Shown: positions 14,125 to 31,154 of the stretch, piece by piece | Numbering within the stretch: the first letter of the stretch is position 1 | Layout: every line of letters starts with the position of its first letter | Origin: the human T2T-CHM13v2.0 reference genome, Homo sapiens | Strand: one strand, 5' to 3' | NCBI RefSeq assembly: GCF_009914755.1 | Contig: NC_060933.1 | DNA: 64,000 nucleotides | Position numbers and translations under genes: made by a program | The notes under the pieces: generated by a model | Seen by the model: only the letters and a program-made list of their open reading frames with translations | The model's database searches: none | What the model was told of the DNA's origin: nothing

Positions 14125-15624
14125 AGTTACAGAATACTGCAGCTAGAAGGCGCCTAGAGGGAAGGAATTTCTCTTCAAATAGGATCACACCTAAAGCTGC
14201 CTAGGATGAAATATTTCATTCTTTAGTTTCCCCGTTAGAGAGAAGGTTCAAAGAATTTTTAGTCAGTGAAGTTCTTCCGTATACCTAGACTAATCATTCT
14301 GGCTGCAAATTATAAATTAAAATAAACTCTGAAAAACAAATAAATAAATACATTTGATGAATTATATTGAGGAATGAATGTAAGGATTGTTCACATTAAT
14401 GTATATATTTCTGAAATATTTTAAGTAAAGGCAATACCATCTTCTTTATACATTTGGTCTCCAACTCAAAAAAATTATCAAGAAGCATTATTGAAGTCAT
14501 TCTGGTAGTTCTCATAAGCAGATGAAATTTCTAATATTTGCATTTGTTTTCTACTTGATGATAACATTTATATTTCATTCAATCACAAAACAAGTAGTAA
14601 TACGCATCTGATTTATTTATTACCTGATTTGATTCACTTTAGATGTGAAAGTTTAGACAACTTTCTTGAGTTTTTTATGTATTTTATTAGATTTTAAGTT
14701 AAATTAAATTTCTATATTTATTTTATTTTTCTTTCTTTGTTTTTCTCTTCCATTGATTATAAGGTATTTGGATAGAAACAGTGGGTGTTTCATGTATTTA
14801 GATGTTGTGATGGATATATTCCACTGCCTCATCCACCTCATAACCTCCCTTGAGGATTCAAGTAGGAACATTTTCACCTTGCCTCCAGTCCTAACAATCA
14901 AGTTTCCCAACCATAATGGAATCTAGCAAAAAGTACAGTGAATATGCAAATGTTAAAGGAACTTTGAGGATATATGTTGCAACATGTTTTTGTGCATAAT
15001 CACTGTTGTAGAGATGAGAGAATGGCAGCATATGTACCAGATACTTGGCAATGAACAACATATGTTATTTTTCCCAGAAGTGTTTTAAGTTGAAACAAGA
15101 TGTATGAAAAAATTTTAAGTTCATGTGTCCCTTTTGTAAGAGCATGAAAAAGAGATGTCTTCCTTTGTAGTAATAATGATATTGTCACCAATGGTTAATA
15201 GTATTCCCATTTCTAAAGATTTAACTAGCCAATAAAAAAGATGAAAAACTTCAGAAATAGGAGAAAGATGGGAAAACACTATGATAAATTATATATTTAT
15301 ATGTGAACTTCCTGCTTAAATAAAAATAGTCACTCCAGTAAGTCATTTAATTGGCCAGAAAGCAACAACAAATGAGCAAGTTTGATGAAAGCTTGATGTC
15401 TCTCAATCAAAATTAATGACCACTAAGTAAATATTATTAATAGTTTCTTAATAATTATTATTAATATAGACTATTTACACAAAATGTTAAATTGTAAGCT
15501 AGAGCAAAAAATGAATATCTGATGAATACAGCTCATACTGATGTAATTTAAAATGACTAAATAAATAGGAAATGAAACATTTTTTTAAAAGGTAATCTAA
15601 ATAATATATGGTTTTTTCCCCTTC

Positions 15625-16222
15625 ATGAGGTGAAGCTTAATCATCCACCTCCCACCGTCCCTTGACTGTGGACAATTAGTGATTTATTTTCAAAAAATAG
15701 AGTATGGTAAAAATGAAACCTTACCATGGAGGAAAGTGACAAATACTACCTTGGCAAGGTGAACAAGGTAAACATCCTTAGTGATAAGTCATGTTGATAG
15801 CATGTATCCCCGATATGATGTAGTAAAAAGGATACTTCACTTTTGCTCTTTCAAAAACCCATAAACCCAGCCTAATCAAGAGGAACATGTAAAATAACAA
15901 CAACAAAACAAATTGAGGCACCTTCTATAAAATAGCTGACAAGTACTTCTCAAAACTGCCAAGGTAACAAAAAACAAGGAAATATGAAAATGTCTACACA
16001 CCAGTAGAGACTAAGGAAATATGACAACTAAATGCAATGTAACATCTTGGATAAGATTCTGGAACAGAAAACATACATTAGTAGAAAATCTTGTGAAATC
16101 TGAATCAAATGTGAAGTTTAGTTAGTATTAACATACCAAAGTTGGTTTCTTAGTCATGGCAACTGTACTATGGTAATGTGAGATGTTAACAATAGGAGAA
16201 ACTGGGTGGGAACTCTTTGTAC
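15625..16222 (+). mobile_element. L1MC/L1MD-type 3'UTR fragment
   Basis: agtgataagtcatgttgatagcatg...ggataagattctggaacagaaaa...gatgttaacaataggagaaactggg. Confidence 0.7.
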
Positions 16223-16474
16223 TTGAGAAGAATGTGTATTTGCTGCTTCTAGGAGTAGTATTCTATCACTAATTAAATTGATTTGATTGGTGTTCTTCAG
16301 ACCTCTGTGTCCTAACTGATTTTCTATTTGCTATATCAATTACTGAAATAGGATGGCTCAAACAATAAGTGTAGATTTGTCTAGTTCTCATTTTGTTTCT
16401 ATGAGTTTTTCATCCATGCAACTTGAAGCTCTATTTTTAAGTGCATTAAACATTTAAGCATGTTATGTTTCCTT

Positions 16475-16489
16475 GGTGAATAATTTTTT
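16475..16489 (+). repeat. Target-site duplication copy 1 (GGTGAATAATTTTTT)
   Basis: Exact 15-mer, also at 18467 and 20016. Confidence 0.97.
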
Positions 16490-20030
<3,541 letters not shown>

Positions 20031-20588
20031 ATGATTATTCAATATCCCTCCTCATCTCTTGTAATACTTCCTGATCTGAACCATGCTTTGTCTGATATTA
20101 ATATAGCCTCTCCATCTTCCATTTGATTAATTTTGTTCACATTTCATGTGATTGTAAGGTGCCAAGACCATCTACACTTAATAAAATTGATATGTTTGGA
20201 TATAAAATTATCAACTTATTAAATTGTATTTGTTTCATCTGTTCTTATTCCTTTTTACTTTTTCTGCCTTTCTTTGAATTAAATATGTATTTTGTGTTAC
20301 TTGCTGTAAGTTTCTTTATTAGCTTATAATTATACCACTTTGTCTACTAGTTTTAGTGGTTGCCCTAAGTTTCATAATACATAGCTTCAACTTATCACAG
20401 TGCATTTACAAATATCACATATTTGCCTATATTTTATGAACACTACAGCAATGTATAACTAGTCTGTTCCACTCTTTGTATTCTTTATTGTCTATTTTAA
20501 ACTTATGTTATAATATACATAATTAATTGTTATTGTTTTGCTTTATGCAATTATTTTTTGAGTGGCTAAAATAAGAATACATGCCTTT

Positions 20589-20800
20589 GATGGAGTACAG
20601 TGGGGCGCAATCATAGCTCACTGCAGTCTCCATCTCTGGGGCTCAAGCCATTCTTTTGCCATAGCATCCCTAGTAGTTGGAACTACAGGTGCACCTAACA
20701 TGCCCAGCTTTTTTCTTTTTTCAAGTAGAGACAAGGTTTCGCTATGTTGCCCAGGCTGGTCTCAAACTCCTTATCTCAAGCCATCCTCTCGCTTTGGGTT
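20589..20800 (-). mobile_element. AluJ, truncated
   Basis: J-type diagnostics (atcatagctcactgcag, gctatgttgcccaggctgg). Confidence 0.85.
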
Positions 20801-22187
20801 CTAATTTTCTTCTTGTCATTCCTGGAATGATTTATTTCTTTGTGTAGATCCAAGTTTCTCTCTGGTGACAATTTCTGTGTAGCTTTCTTAACCATTCCTT
20901 TTAGTGCACATATTCAGACAATTAAATCTAATTATTTGACTGTCTGAAAAAATCTTTATATTGTTATAAACATGTTTATATCAAAATGTTTATATCAAAT
21001 ATACTTATGTTTGATATAAGTATCAAAGTATAATAAACTTCTATTTGTTACAAAGTTAGGACTTGGAAGAATTTTCCACACAGTACTTCCAAATTACTCC
21101 ATTACCTTCTGGTTTTCATGTTTTCTGATAAAAAAAAAAATCTTGTTTCCTGCCTAATGATAGAATCTTTTAATTTCAATTTCAATTTTTTTAAAAAAGA
21201 GCCAGATGTTCATACAGCCTATTTTTTAGCATTGCTTGATCACAGAGATATAATATTAAAAGTTGTAAAATGTATTCACATCAAGCATTCCCAAATAATA
21301 ATGTTACAACTTCTAGTAGAGAACATTATTAAAGAAATTCAATATTTATTATGCCTTCAATTATATGCCAGTTGTTAATATTTTTAAAAGAAAATGCCAT
21401 CTCTGTTTAATAGCTGTTTGACGAAAGAAGACGATTCCCCTAAAATCTCCATCATTTGTTTGATTTAGGACAGATAGAAAGAATGTGTGAGCAAAAGTAT
21501 AAGTTAGACAGTATGGTCAGGTGATGTGGGAACATTCAGGGGAATAGGCTATGCTTAGATGTACTCTCCCTATCCTAGGGCTTTCTTTTAAATGGCATAA
21601 TCATACACTATCGCCATCATTTTTTATGGTCATCCTAATGTGGAAATTCATTATTGCTAAATGGTAAAGGTTCAATACATTTCCTAAACATCTTGAGCCC
21701 TAAAATAAAGTTTTAACCTTCTATACCACCTATGCCACTCAAAAAAAGAATGTTCAAAACTAAAGTTCTAATTCATGGTACATTTATACATGTATTTTAT
21801 GGATATTGATTGGCAATTCCATTTCCAAATATATTATTGCAGTACTAAGTCATATGACAATGAAAATGACTACTTCAGCAAAATTGTTTATGGGCAGTCT
21901 TGCCACTGCACTACTTTTTGTCATCACTGTATACCACTATTATTAGTAGTGTGAATTAGTTCCTTAATAACTATTTTTAAAAACTAAAGTGGGTGCCTTT
22001 CACAAATACACATCATTCAGTAACTGGGTTTCTATTAGTTTCATTTGAATTCCTAAATATTAATGCACATATTTATGTAAAAGTAGATGAACTTCTATTT
22101 CAAATTCTTTTGAAAAGCTATGAAATACTTTGTAAGGGAAAACAATCATATTTTACACTTGGAATTTATTCTGTAGTTTTTTCACAA

Positions 22188-22320
22188 TCACTACCTATGA
22201 ATAGCACTGACCTTTCTTCCCTTCCTTTTGTCCTTCTTTCCTGTCTTCTTTCCTGTTTTTTTTTTTTCCTTTTCTTCCTGTCTTCCTTCCATTTTTTCCT
22301 TTTTTGCTCCTCCTTTTCAT
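22188..22320. repeat. CT-rich low-complexity tract
   Basis: Visible directly in the sequence. Confidence 0.85.
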
Positions 22321-22322
22321 AC

Positions 22323-23031
22323 TTAGTTACGTGCAGTCAGGGAGGTTTCACATCACCAAGATTCCTATCCCAGAAAAGCAGATATTCATAGCTCTGTGAA
22401 TGGAATGCGACCCTTGTGGAGAGCCTATAAATGGATGCATGAGGGGCACCTGTTCATGTGGATAAGATAGGGTTATAAACGCCCTTATCTTGCAACGGCT
22501 CTTCTAGGTCTCTTTAGGGTTAAGACATACTCCCTTCTGAGAATCTGTGGTCTAACCGGTTGTCTAGTTTCACATCCTGCTTCTATTGACTGTTTGCCAC
22601 CAGCTTTTGCTGCAATTATTTCTAATGATTAGTATCTTACTAAACATAGTTTATGGATAGACTGTGTTTCTGTTTTAAGGCTCTGTTAGAAATTGCTGAC
22701 ACACACACTATACTGTAAATTCTTATCTCTGTGTACTGTACTTCTGCATACCGATGTTATGTTAAAGAATTACTTCATTCCCATGTGACCATCTCACTTC
22801 ATAATGAAACGACCCTAAATGCCTCACTAACCTACCCCTGCCCTCACTAAACAATGATAAATGCTAGTATATCTAGTGCATTGGCAGCATCACAGGACCA
22901 GAAGGCGGTGACCACCCTGAACCCAGCTTTCACTATCTTGTGTGTGTCTTTTATTTCTTGACCTGCCGATCCAACTGGGAACAAAGAAGGAGCCCCGTTG
23001 CATTGCAGGCTGCTGGCCAGATCCCACAATA
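22323..23031 (+). mobile_element. ERV LTR, probably ERVK/HML type (MER11D-like), apparently missing its 5' part
   Basis: GC-richer block ending gctgctggccagatcccacaata, with U5-like cactatcttgtgtgtgtcttttatttc. Family assigned from memory; no TSD found. Confidence 0.55.
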
Positions 23032-23289
23032 AATATATGTTAGAATCTTATTGCTATTTAAGTGCTTACTAATTAAAAAGTAAAGTGTTATATCTGCCCT
23101 CTAAGATTTAACAAGTTAGATATGAAGTACATAGCATCACTTCCTGCCAATTTCACTTTTTGTGTATTGATACTTTCCAGCTCAATTTATCATGATCACC
23201 TAAAAACAAATATAAATGCTGAAAAGTTTGACCTTTTCACAGGGCCCCACTCTGGGAAGGAAAACTAACCATAGAAATGGGTGTTTGTA

Positions 23290-23495
23290 TACATTGAAGA
23301 CTCAACTACTTGGATTCAAATCCTTGATCCAACTTGACTAGTGATGTGAACTTTGATTGATAAGTTTGTTTTAATCTGTAACACAGAAATAATTCCTAAT
23401 TTATAGGGTTATTTTAAGGTTTGAATGTGTTAATAAATGGGATACACTTGTAAAGTATTGTAAAGTATAGCAAGCATTATAAATGTAAGTTGTTA
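23290..23495 (+). mobile_element. MIR
   Basis: ggattcaaatcc B-box-like motif and degenerate core (atctgtaaa...atagggtt). Confidence 0.65.
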
Positions 23496-23624
23496 TCATC
23501 ATCATCACACACAAAGGTGGGATGTTTGCTGGAAAATAAGTAACATTTACAGGTGTGGTTAGTAAGCCTCTAATATAACTGCACATCTCTCTGGTCACAT
23601 ACACAAAATAAAGTCAAACAATCT

Positions 23625-23760
23625 ATCAAGAACTCTGAAGGGTTTGAGAATTTACCCTACTTCAAAGCTAACAAGTTCTTGCACTACAGTTTATTTGATA
23701 ATAGCCTGTCAGCAGACTCCTGAAGTGGAGATAAAGAACATGATTACTCAGGTCACAACA
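23625..23760. mobile_element. Old ERVL-type LTR fragment
   Basis: gaagggtttgagaatttaccctacttcaaagctaacaagtt resembles an old ERVL LTR terminus. Confidence 0.4.
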
Positions 23761-25464
23761 AGTAGTTCTCAACCTTAAATAACATGTATGAGTAGTATGC
23801 ATTTCTATATTCATTCTATATATTTCAAGGATATTATATTTTATGAGCCATTTGCCATCAAAACATCCAAGTTCTTACCTAAAGACATCATTTTTCAATT
23901 TTATTTCCACATTATCATAAGTTATATAATTTTCTGTACCCTTTTGAACATAAATATTAAATAGAAATACCATTTTTTCTCCATAATATGTATGTGAAAT
24001 TTTGATGCACAGTTTACATTTGATATGTGTTTATTAAAATAATTGCTAAATGTCTGAGTAGATGTTGTAAAATTGACAAACACATACAATGATGCAGAAA
24101 TAAAACATTGTTTTGCTAGCTAACGACTATTGTAATGCAAAATCTGAGTTCTAGAAACATGCATTTTATTCAGTGTATGCATAATGATAGGAAATACCAA
24201 AAGTATCACAACTATAGTAGACTACAAATCATTTTTATTCTAGGGGAAAATAAAAATATAGGTAACTTATCAAAAAAATTCATGTACTAGAATAAAACTT
24301 AAGCAGATAAAATAAATGTGCTGCATTTTCTTGTTTTTCTTATAATCCAAAAATGTTACATTTATAAATGCAATTAAGTAATAGTGCTATATACTTTTTC
24401 AGCACTAAGATTATGCATTTTTACTTCCAGCTAAATAGATTTCTTCATATCATTTACTATTCCTGATGACTTAATATGTACTTTAAAAAATGGAAAAAAA
24501 TACGACATTCAGAAAGTAGAATTTGTGTGGAATAACTATAATTGCATAATTAGAACAAGGGAAGGCAGGTGGCGTTCAGGAGTCAAACATTTTGTCAATC
24601 CTCCTTCATTTTCCCTTGTTCTTTCTTTAGCAGCGAACTTAAACCATAGCCGACTACACTCCCCATTCACAAGTCCTGTCATTTTTAGAATCAATGTGAA
24701 TATGAAATGAATAATACCTGAAGAAACACAACCACCTCCAATTCACTTCCACAAATTGATAGGTGGGTGTCATCTTTACAGTCAAATTGATTCAGGTGAT
24801 CTTGCGATTAATGTTCTTAAATAAGATTTCTTCTTTCTTCACTTTGGCCATTTATTCAAATGGCTTCAATAAATGACCAACATAGTGACTGGTTAAGTAA
24901 ATGCCTTAGCTAGATACAGCTTATCATTATTATTCAAAGTTCTCTGAAGAAATATAAGGGTTCTACCCTTTAACTCAGCTTATGCTCTTTTCCTGATGCT
25001 CTCTTCCATTAGGTTAAATCTCCATAAATTTTTTGTAAGATTATTTTTAAGAATTCTTATTAACCCAGCCATAATACTATACTGGGCTTGGTCTTTGGAC
25101 CATGATTCCAATCATTTTTCTGAATCCAGATGAGAGATTGCATCCACCTTTGTAGGTCACTTACTGTTGCTGATGAGTCTCTCCTACCACCTAGACATGC
25201 TCTGCCAATTGAACAATAACTTTTCTTAGGCCCATGGTCCTTCCTTTCTTTCTCTATCTTGCATTACTCGGTTAGGGTAAACTTTATAAAATCAACCTTT
25301 GAATCTCAATCTCATGATAGGACATCTAAACATTGACAGATATTCTTCCTTAAAGTGTTAATAACTAAAGCCAATCGTTTCTAACCAGTGGACAGAATAC
25401 AGCAGTTAAAATATAAGAGACATGTAGCTCTTACATTGTTATTTTCCAGGTGACATGATTTTCT

Positions 25465-26440
25465 ATCAATTCAATTTCTTTATATACTCGGGATATAAGC
25501 TGTTTGATATGTAATTTATAAATACGCTCTCCCTGTCTGTAGCTTGTGTTCTTATTCTTTTAACTGTGACTTTCACAGAACAAAAACTCTTCATTTTGAT
25601 GTTTAATTAATTTTTAAATTGCACTTTTGGCATCATATGTAAGAACTTTTTGCTTTAACGAAATTAGGAAGATGTTCTATATTTTTACTCTCTTTTGAGA
25701 TAATTTGCATCTGCAATATTTATTTAAGTTCCTTAGAGATGGTGGATATTAAACCTTTGTCAGATGCATCATTTGCAAAAGTTTTCTCCCATTCTGTATG
25801 TTGTCTATTTACTCTGTTGATAGTTTATTTTGCTGTGCAGAAGCTCTTTAGTTTAATTAGGTCCTATTTGTAAATTTTTAGGTTTTTTGCAATTGCTTTT
25901 CATGACTATGTTATGAAATCTTTGCCAGACATAACAATATGTCTTGACTATTTTTTAAGCTGTCTTAAATTGTGTCGTGTGAGTCCTTTATGTCTTTTTT
26001 TCAAAATTATTTTGGCTATTCTTGTTTATCTCTCCAAGTTTTTTAATAAACTTGTCTATATCTGCAAAGATTCCTTCTGGAATTTTGAATGGGATTATTT
26101 TAAACTTATAGATCATCTTAGGGGGAATTGACATATTAACTACATAATATCTTCTAATCCATAAACACAATGTGTCTTTATATATATGCTACAAACAAAA
26201 TGTTTACATTATCTTTCACCTTTTTTATTTTTACTATTCTAGTTTGCATTGTCTGACAATGCTATAGCCATTGAAGCTTTATGATAATTAATGCTTTCAT
26301 GATGTATATTTTTATTTTTGTTTGTATGCTGTCTATATCATTATGTTTCAAGTAGCTTCATTTTACACAATATATAGTTTTATAACACTTTAATACATAC
26401 TGTAATAGATCTTTAACTGATATGTTTTGAACATTTACAT
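25465..26440 (-). mobile_element. Patchwork of old L1 ORF2 fragments
   Basis: Antisense ORF2 motifs (cctttgtcagatgc, gctgtgcagaagctctttagtttaatt). ORF 25988-26170 (PKMIYKFKIIPFKIP). Confidence 0.7.
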
Positions 26441-26452
26441 TTAATCTTTTTT

Positions 26453-26744
26453 TAATTTTATTATTATTATACTTTAAGTTTTAGGGTACATGTGCACAAT
26501 GTGCAGGTTTGTTATATATGTATACATGTGCCATGTTGGTGTGCTGCACCCATTAACTCATCATTTAGCATTAGGTATATCTCCTAATGCTATCCCTCCC
26601 CCATTCCCCCCACCCCACAACAGTCCCCGGAGTGTGATGTTCCCCTTCCTGTGTCCATGTGTTCTCATTGTTCAATTCCAACCTATGAGTGAGAACATGC
26701 GGTGATTGGTTTTTTGTCCTTGCGATAGTTTGCTGAGAATGATG
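26453..26744 (-). mobile_element. L1PA4/5-like 3' end (about 290 bp)
   Basis: Typical tail and 3'UTR. TSD ATTTAATC(T/A)TTTTT at 26439-26452 and 26772-26785. Confidence 0.9.
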
Positions 26745-27435
26745 TAGATCTAAAGTAATGATAAAAATGATATTTAATCATTTTTATCATTACTTTAGAT
26801 CTGCGTTTTAACATTAGTTTATTTTTTGCCCTATTTTTCAGTCTTCCATTTCTCCCTTTCTGCTTTCTTTTCTATTATTTAAATATTTTCAGAATTCTAT
26901 CTTATCTATTGAATTTTTAGCTATATATTTATGTGTATATTCTATTCACAGTAGCTTGAGGAACTATAATATACTTAACAAATTTTACATAATCAACTTT
27001 GAAATAATATTTTATAATTTCAAATAACTGATAGGAAATTGTAAAATTAGAGGATCTTTCTGTTGATTTTCTATTTCCTAGAGAGTATCCCTGGTTCTTA
27101 GTATGGTGAAGAAGTTTGGAATATTTTTGCAGATGCCGCATAAAATGTATGAATATTTAAATACCATTTACGCATTTTAGAGACTTTAACTTTTTGTTTC
27201 AGCAGACAGGCAATCCATTGATGTGTGGACTGCACATGCTGGGCCAGTTTCTATAGGCTGATTCCAATGTAATTTTTTTGACCCTTTGCTGTGCTATTCT
27301 GTCACATCCAACTTGTGCTCCATGCAACAGATAGTCTGAAACTAGACGGTTGTCTATAATGTAGTCTAGTGGTCAAAATTTTTGTGCCGCTTATTCTATT
27401 CATATGTGCAGCTTATTAGGAATCCCAGGATTTCA

Positions 27436-28520
27436 TAAAAGAACTCAAACAAATTTACAAAAAAAAAAAAAAAAACATCAAAAACTGGGCAAATGATATG
27501 AACAGACACTTCTCAAAAGAAGACATTTATGTGGCCAAAAAACATGTGAAATAAAGCTCTTCATCACTGGTCATTAGAGAAATGCAAATCAAAACCACAA
27601 TGAGACACCACCTCACACCAGTTAGAATGGCAATCATTAAAAAGTAAAGAAACAGGACGGGCACGGTGGCTCACGCCCGTAATCCAAGCACTTTGGGAGG
27701 CCAAGGCAGGTGGATCAAGAGGTCAGGAGATCAAGACCACACTGGCTAACATGGTGAAACCCCATCCCTACTACAAAAATACAAAAAAAATGTTAGCCAG
27801 GAGTGGTGGCAGGCACCTGTAGTACCAGCTACTCAGGAGGCTGAGGTAGGAGAATTGAATCAACCCGGGAGTCAGACCTTGCAGTGAGCCGAGATTGCCC
27901 CACTGCACTCCAGCCTAGGAGACAGAGCGAGACTCCATCTCAAAAAAAAAAAAGTAAAGAAACAACAGATGCTGGAAGGGATGTAGAGAAATAGGAAAAC
28001 TTTTACACTGTTGGTGAGAGTGTAAATTATTTCAACCATTGTGGAAGAGAACATGGCAATTCCTCAAGGATCTAGAACTAGAAATACCATTTGACCCAGC
28101 GATCCCATTACTGGGTATACACCCAAAGGATTACTGGATAAAGAAAATGTGGCACATATACACCATGGAATACTATGCAGCCATAGAAAGGATCAGTTCA
28201 TGTCCTTTGCAGGGACATGGATGAAGCTGGAAACCGTCATTCTCAGCAAACTAACACAGAAACAGAAAACCAAACACCACATGTTCTCACTTACAAGTGG
28301 GAATTGAACAATGGGATCATATGGACACAGGGAGGGGAGCATCACACACCCGGGTCTGTTGGTGGGTAGGGGTTAGGGGAGGGATAGCATTAGGAGAAAT
28401 ATCTAGTGCAGATGACGGATTGATGGGTGCAGGAAACCACCGTGGATTATGTATACCTATGTAACAAACCTGCACGTTCTGCATATGTATCCCAGAACTT
28501 AAATATAATAATTAAAACAA
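27436..28520 (+). mobile_element. L1PA7/8-like 3' fragment with a nested Alu and an internal deletion
   Basis: ORF2 C-terminus ([17 protein letters not shown]) and 3'UTR. Jump at aaggatt|actggataaag. Confidence 0.9.
27655..27948 (+). mobile_element. AluSc8/AluY-like
   Basis: Full dimer. Exact 16-bp TSD AAAAAGTAAAGAAACA (27639-27654 and 27949-27964). Confidence 0.95.
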
Positions 28521-30103
28521 GAATTTAAAATATCCCTTTTAATACAATTTCTTGTCTCTACTTTTTGATTCTGAGGTTCTGTCTTTCTTGTTGTACTAGC
28601 TAGAATACAGGATACAGTGTCTTTAACTTCTCTGATCTGTCCCTGGTATTTTGTCCTGCAGGATTCACCATCACCGAGCCTGTGGGAATTGAATTTTTGG
28701 GCTTTGTCTCTTTTACACACTTGTAGTTTTTGGCCTGCTCACAAAAATAGCACCCTGTTGAGGAAGGGGTAAGGTATCACTTCCATGCTGGTAAAAAGAG
28801 AAAGAAAACATTTATTTTCTGGTCATTAACTGGATTGGAAAGGGAAGTCCAAAGTGTCATCTCACCTGACATGGACTTCTTCTTCTCAACTCTAGCTAAT
28901 AAAAGTAAACTTCTTTTTTTTTTTTTTTTGAGGGTAGAATGGTAGGGGGCAGTTTTTTCTGTCTATGCCCATTTGTAATTCTTCCTTCTTCTTTGAGGAT
29001 ACTACAGTGCCAAGTGTAGGATACACAGGTATTAAAGGAAAATAAAATTTGTTTTAAAAGGAAAAAATTATTTATTTCCTTCTGGGGTCATACTTTTAGG
29101 CCTATACATCTTATCCAGTTCCACTGCTTTGATTCACCTTCCAGAGTCCTCTAATGGTTGCACTGTATGTTTCTTTTCCCCCAAGATATTAAGATCATTC
29201 CATATGATGGAGTGAGCTTAGACTATCTAGATGGGGTCTAGAAATTGAATACATTCTGAAAGATGATTAAATGTCTAATTAAATTGCTTAAGCATGAGAA
29301 AATACTTAACATTTCACACTTTATAAAGTTTCATAACCCTAGAATGAAGACTCAAAGATAAATAAAAACTAAATTATGAATTGTGAATTTTGAGATTACA
29401 GTACAATTGTATTACTCTAATATTGTATTAGAATTCCTTCCAAAGAAAATATAATATAGTAAGATACATTAAAACAGAAAAAGGACCCTATGCTGAATGA
29501 AAAAGTCATATCATGTGATGCACAGTGACCCCAAAATATCAACAAACTAACTGCTCAGGAAATGCATATTGGCTTTTCTAAACTAGAGAGAACAAGAGAT
29601 ATTTCCCAGTGTTCGCTAGTAGAAGCAATGCCAACTGAATTGAGATTTTCACAATGATAATCTGGGTTCTGTTGATTATGTGCAACTTCAAAGGACAGGA
29701 ATCATCTCTCAGTCCATCAGCTGCTGATTCTTCTCCAGGTCATATTTTATACAAAGTCCAAAAGTGGTAAATTATTTAACTGTTTAAAACTGTATCTCTG
29801 AGGAGCAAAATATTTTAGGCAAAAAAAATCTCAGCTTTAAGATAAATAAATATTATAGCAAGTCTTTTGGGACAAAATATTACATTCTTATTGTTACATA
29901 TTATAAAAACTCTTATATTTGTTAATTTCATCAGGATTTTATTTTATCTTAAAACAATGATGCTCTATCTTGGTCATTACTAGCCTTCTTTCATGACCCA
30001 GCTGTGAAATATTTCTCAAAATCTATTGTTAGAATGAAAGTATTTTAAAATATTTACTGTATAAAAACTTGAAGCTAATACTATGTAATTAATAGACGTA
30101 TTA

Positions 30104-30138
30104 GTGTGTGTGTGTGTGTGTGTGTGCGTGCACACACA
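30104..30138. repeat. (TG)n followed by (CA)n microsatellite
   Basis: Visible directly in the sequence. Confidence 0.9.
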
Positions 30139-31154
30139 TTTAATAATTATTTTAGTTCCTGACTTCTTTTTAAAAATAATTTTACAACAGTTATTTTAAT
30201 ATCAGGAATATGAGTAATTCATTATAAAGTGACCATGAATTTTTCATGTTGTCTATATTCAGCCTGTGCATATGAGATATGGCAACTCTACTGGTACTGA
30301 ATGCTTCCTTGACATTCACATATTTTAACATTGCTTTATATTTTATCTGAGAAAATATATTTTTTGAACATCACCTGCCTATTTTTGTGATATCAGATTC
30401 TCAAATGTTAATGACTCAAACTTCATAACTTGAATCCTGGATAGCGTGGTTGATTAGGAGTCAAGCAGTACTTTTCTGTGTGTTGGGAAAACTATAGAAA
30501 TACTCTTTTCCTTTCTGTAAAGCAAATTCTATTGGGCACAATCAGGTTTTGTGAAGAAGGGTGAAAAAGGGAGCCAGAGAATAATTTTAAAAGAACATAG
30601 AAATAGAAAATTTTAAAAATTAAGTAGAGACAAATAGGAAGAAAACTGGAAATCATACATAGAATGATCTCCTCAGTGTTTAATATTAATTAAGAACACA
30701 TTTTAATTGTAAACTACTGCCTTTAAATCTCACTTTAAAGACTTCCAACCATACCCATACCAATACTACAGATAAGTAGGTAGCAAAACTATTAGGAAGA
30801 GGTCCAAGGTTAATTGTTCAGAATTGTTTTTAGTTTATGGTTTACAATAAAGGCATCTTAGACAAAGCAATAGTGTCTATGTCAACAATAGACTTTTACC
30901 CTTTGAAGTTAAATACATGGTTTTCCAGAGATAGTTACAAATTTGGTTATAGACTTTCCTAGGATTAAATTCAGAGATATAAGCTATGTTTACAACATTA
31001 ATTTATATGTAGTGAATTAGCATAGTCTAACATGCTGAAATCAACTTGGGAATTTTGCTTAAAAATATGTTTTTTCTTGATTTAATTTTTTTTCTCTTAA
31101 AAGTGTTTATTTCTGTAGTATCATTGGTAGATATGATTTAGGTATAAGGTGAGC

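Noticed and set aside
28530-29260. Possible antisense old L1 5' region
   Set aside because: No diagnostic motif that I can support without an alignment.
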